Source: a virus (taxonomy: Duplodnaviria; Caudoviricetes). From it: a stretch of 64,000 nucleotides of DNA. The DNA lies in the IMG/VR virus record IMGVR_UViG_3300036770_005357; one strand, given 5' to 3'. The notes under the pieces were generated by a model. That model made no database searches and was not told where the DNA came from. It saw nothing but the letters and a program-made list of their open reading frames with translations. Every line of letters begins with the position of its first letter. Positions within the stretch are counted from its first letter, which is position 1. Positions 63,300-64,000 of the stretch are shown piece after piece. The position numbers and the translations under genes are program-made.

Positions 63300-64000
63300 A
63301 TGAATGCTAATTGTATAGTAATGATCGCAATTGAAGATAATTTTTCAAAATACAACCATAAAGACTATTTTGAAATTTCAATTGAAGCTTGGAAGAAATA
63401 TTGTACTAAAAACAGTATAGATTTTATCTTAATTGATAAAAAATTAAATTCAATTCCACATTCAAAATGGACAAAACATTTTTTATTTGATTATATTGAA
63501 GATAAATATGAAAAGATAGGAATGGTAGATTTCGATACTATACCTAAGTGGGATATGCCTAATCCGTTTGAATTGTATAATGATGAATTTTGTGGAGTTA
63601 TTGATAATTGTAATTTAAATTGGTTAAACAATAGTCTAAATGCATATAAATCTACATTTCAAGAATTGGATGTCGATATAAAAATAAGCGAATACATAAA
63701 TAGCGGAGTCTTATTTTTTACAAAAAATCACAAATTTGTTTTTGAGGAAATGAAGCACTTTTATTTCAATAACAAAACGGTTTTAGATAATTGGAGTGTT
63801 TCAAACACCGGTCGAGATCAAACTATTCTAAACTTAGTTTTAAAAAAACTTAATATTAAAAAGAAATATTTTCCATATAGTTGGAACACAGTTTCTATGA
63901 TAAAAAAAGGAATGTTTTTTTATAATGATAAGTTACAAGATTTTACTCCTTTTTTTATAAAATATGGAAATATATGGCACTTTACCGGATTTTCAATTGA
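63300..64000 (+). CDS. Partial GT8-like glycosyltransferase (runs off right edge), not in ORF track
   Basis: MNANCIVMIA..GMVDFDT..INSGV..RDQTILN..WN..IWHFTGF. Confidence 0.7.
   Translation, partial: MNANCIVMIAIEDNFSKYNHKDYFEISIEAWKKYCTKNSIDFILIDKKLNSIPHSKWTKHFLFDYIEDKYEKIGMVDFDTIPKWDMPNPFELYNDEFCGVIDNCNLNWLNNSLNAYKSTFQELDVDIKISEYINSGVLFFTKNHKFVFEEMKHFYFNNKTVLDNWSVSNTGRDQTILNLVLKKLNIKKKYFPYSWNTVSMIKKGMFFYNDKLQDFTPFFIKYGNIWHFTGFSI

Noticed and set aside
32442-64000. Bacterial capsule/LPS locus or eukaryotic giant virus
   Set aside because: The glycan genes are interleaved with T4-like polymerase, clamp and clamp loader, and the window has sigma70 promoters, intrinsic terminators and a phage lysozyme. 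No transporters or Wzx/Wzy genes are present.

Overview
This AT-rich window is most consistent with part of a large (jumbo) tailed-phage genome. It carries T4-like replication genes (family B DNA polymerase, sliding clamp, clamp loader), an intein-bearing SNF2-type helicase, nucleotide-metabolism genes (dUTPase, dCMP deaminase, GMP reductase/IMPDH), host-like genes (ClpP, IscU, SpoU methylase, ferritin-like protein), modular virion-type proteins (one ending in a lysozyme domain), and roughly 30 glycosyltransferase, methyltransferase and sugar-pathway genes in two very AT-rich blocks. A prepilin/H-X9-DG protein, an EF-hand secreted protein and canonical sigma70 promoters point to a PVC-superphylum host, probably Verrucomicrobiota (inference). 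The most striking part is the minus-strand tRNA array at about 0.9-3.1 kb. It holds six tRNAs, several with non-canonical architecture: a D-stem-less Arg(UCU), a long-arm Ile(UAU), and covarying T-loop/D-loop swaps. A complete HDV-like (theta-type) ribozyme has its cleavage site exactly after the discriminator of the only tRNA lacking an encoded CCA. Four further highly structured spacer RNAs match no motif I can name: a kissing-loop RNA, a pseudoknotted RNA ending in ACCA, a perfect four-way junction and a multibranch leader. All RNA structures were folded by hand, and no database searches were run. Protein family calls rest on motifs recalled from established knowledge.
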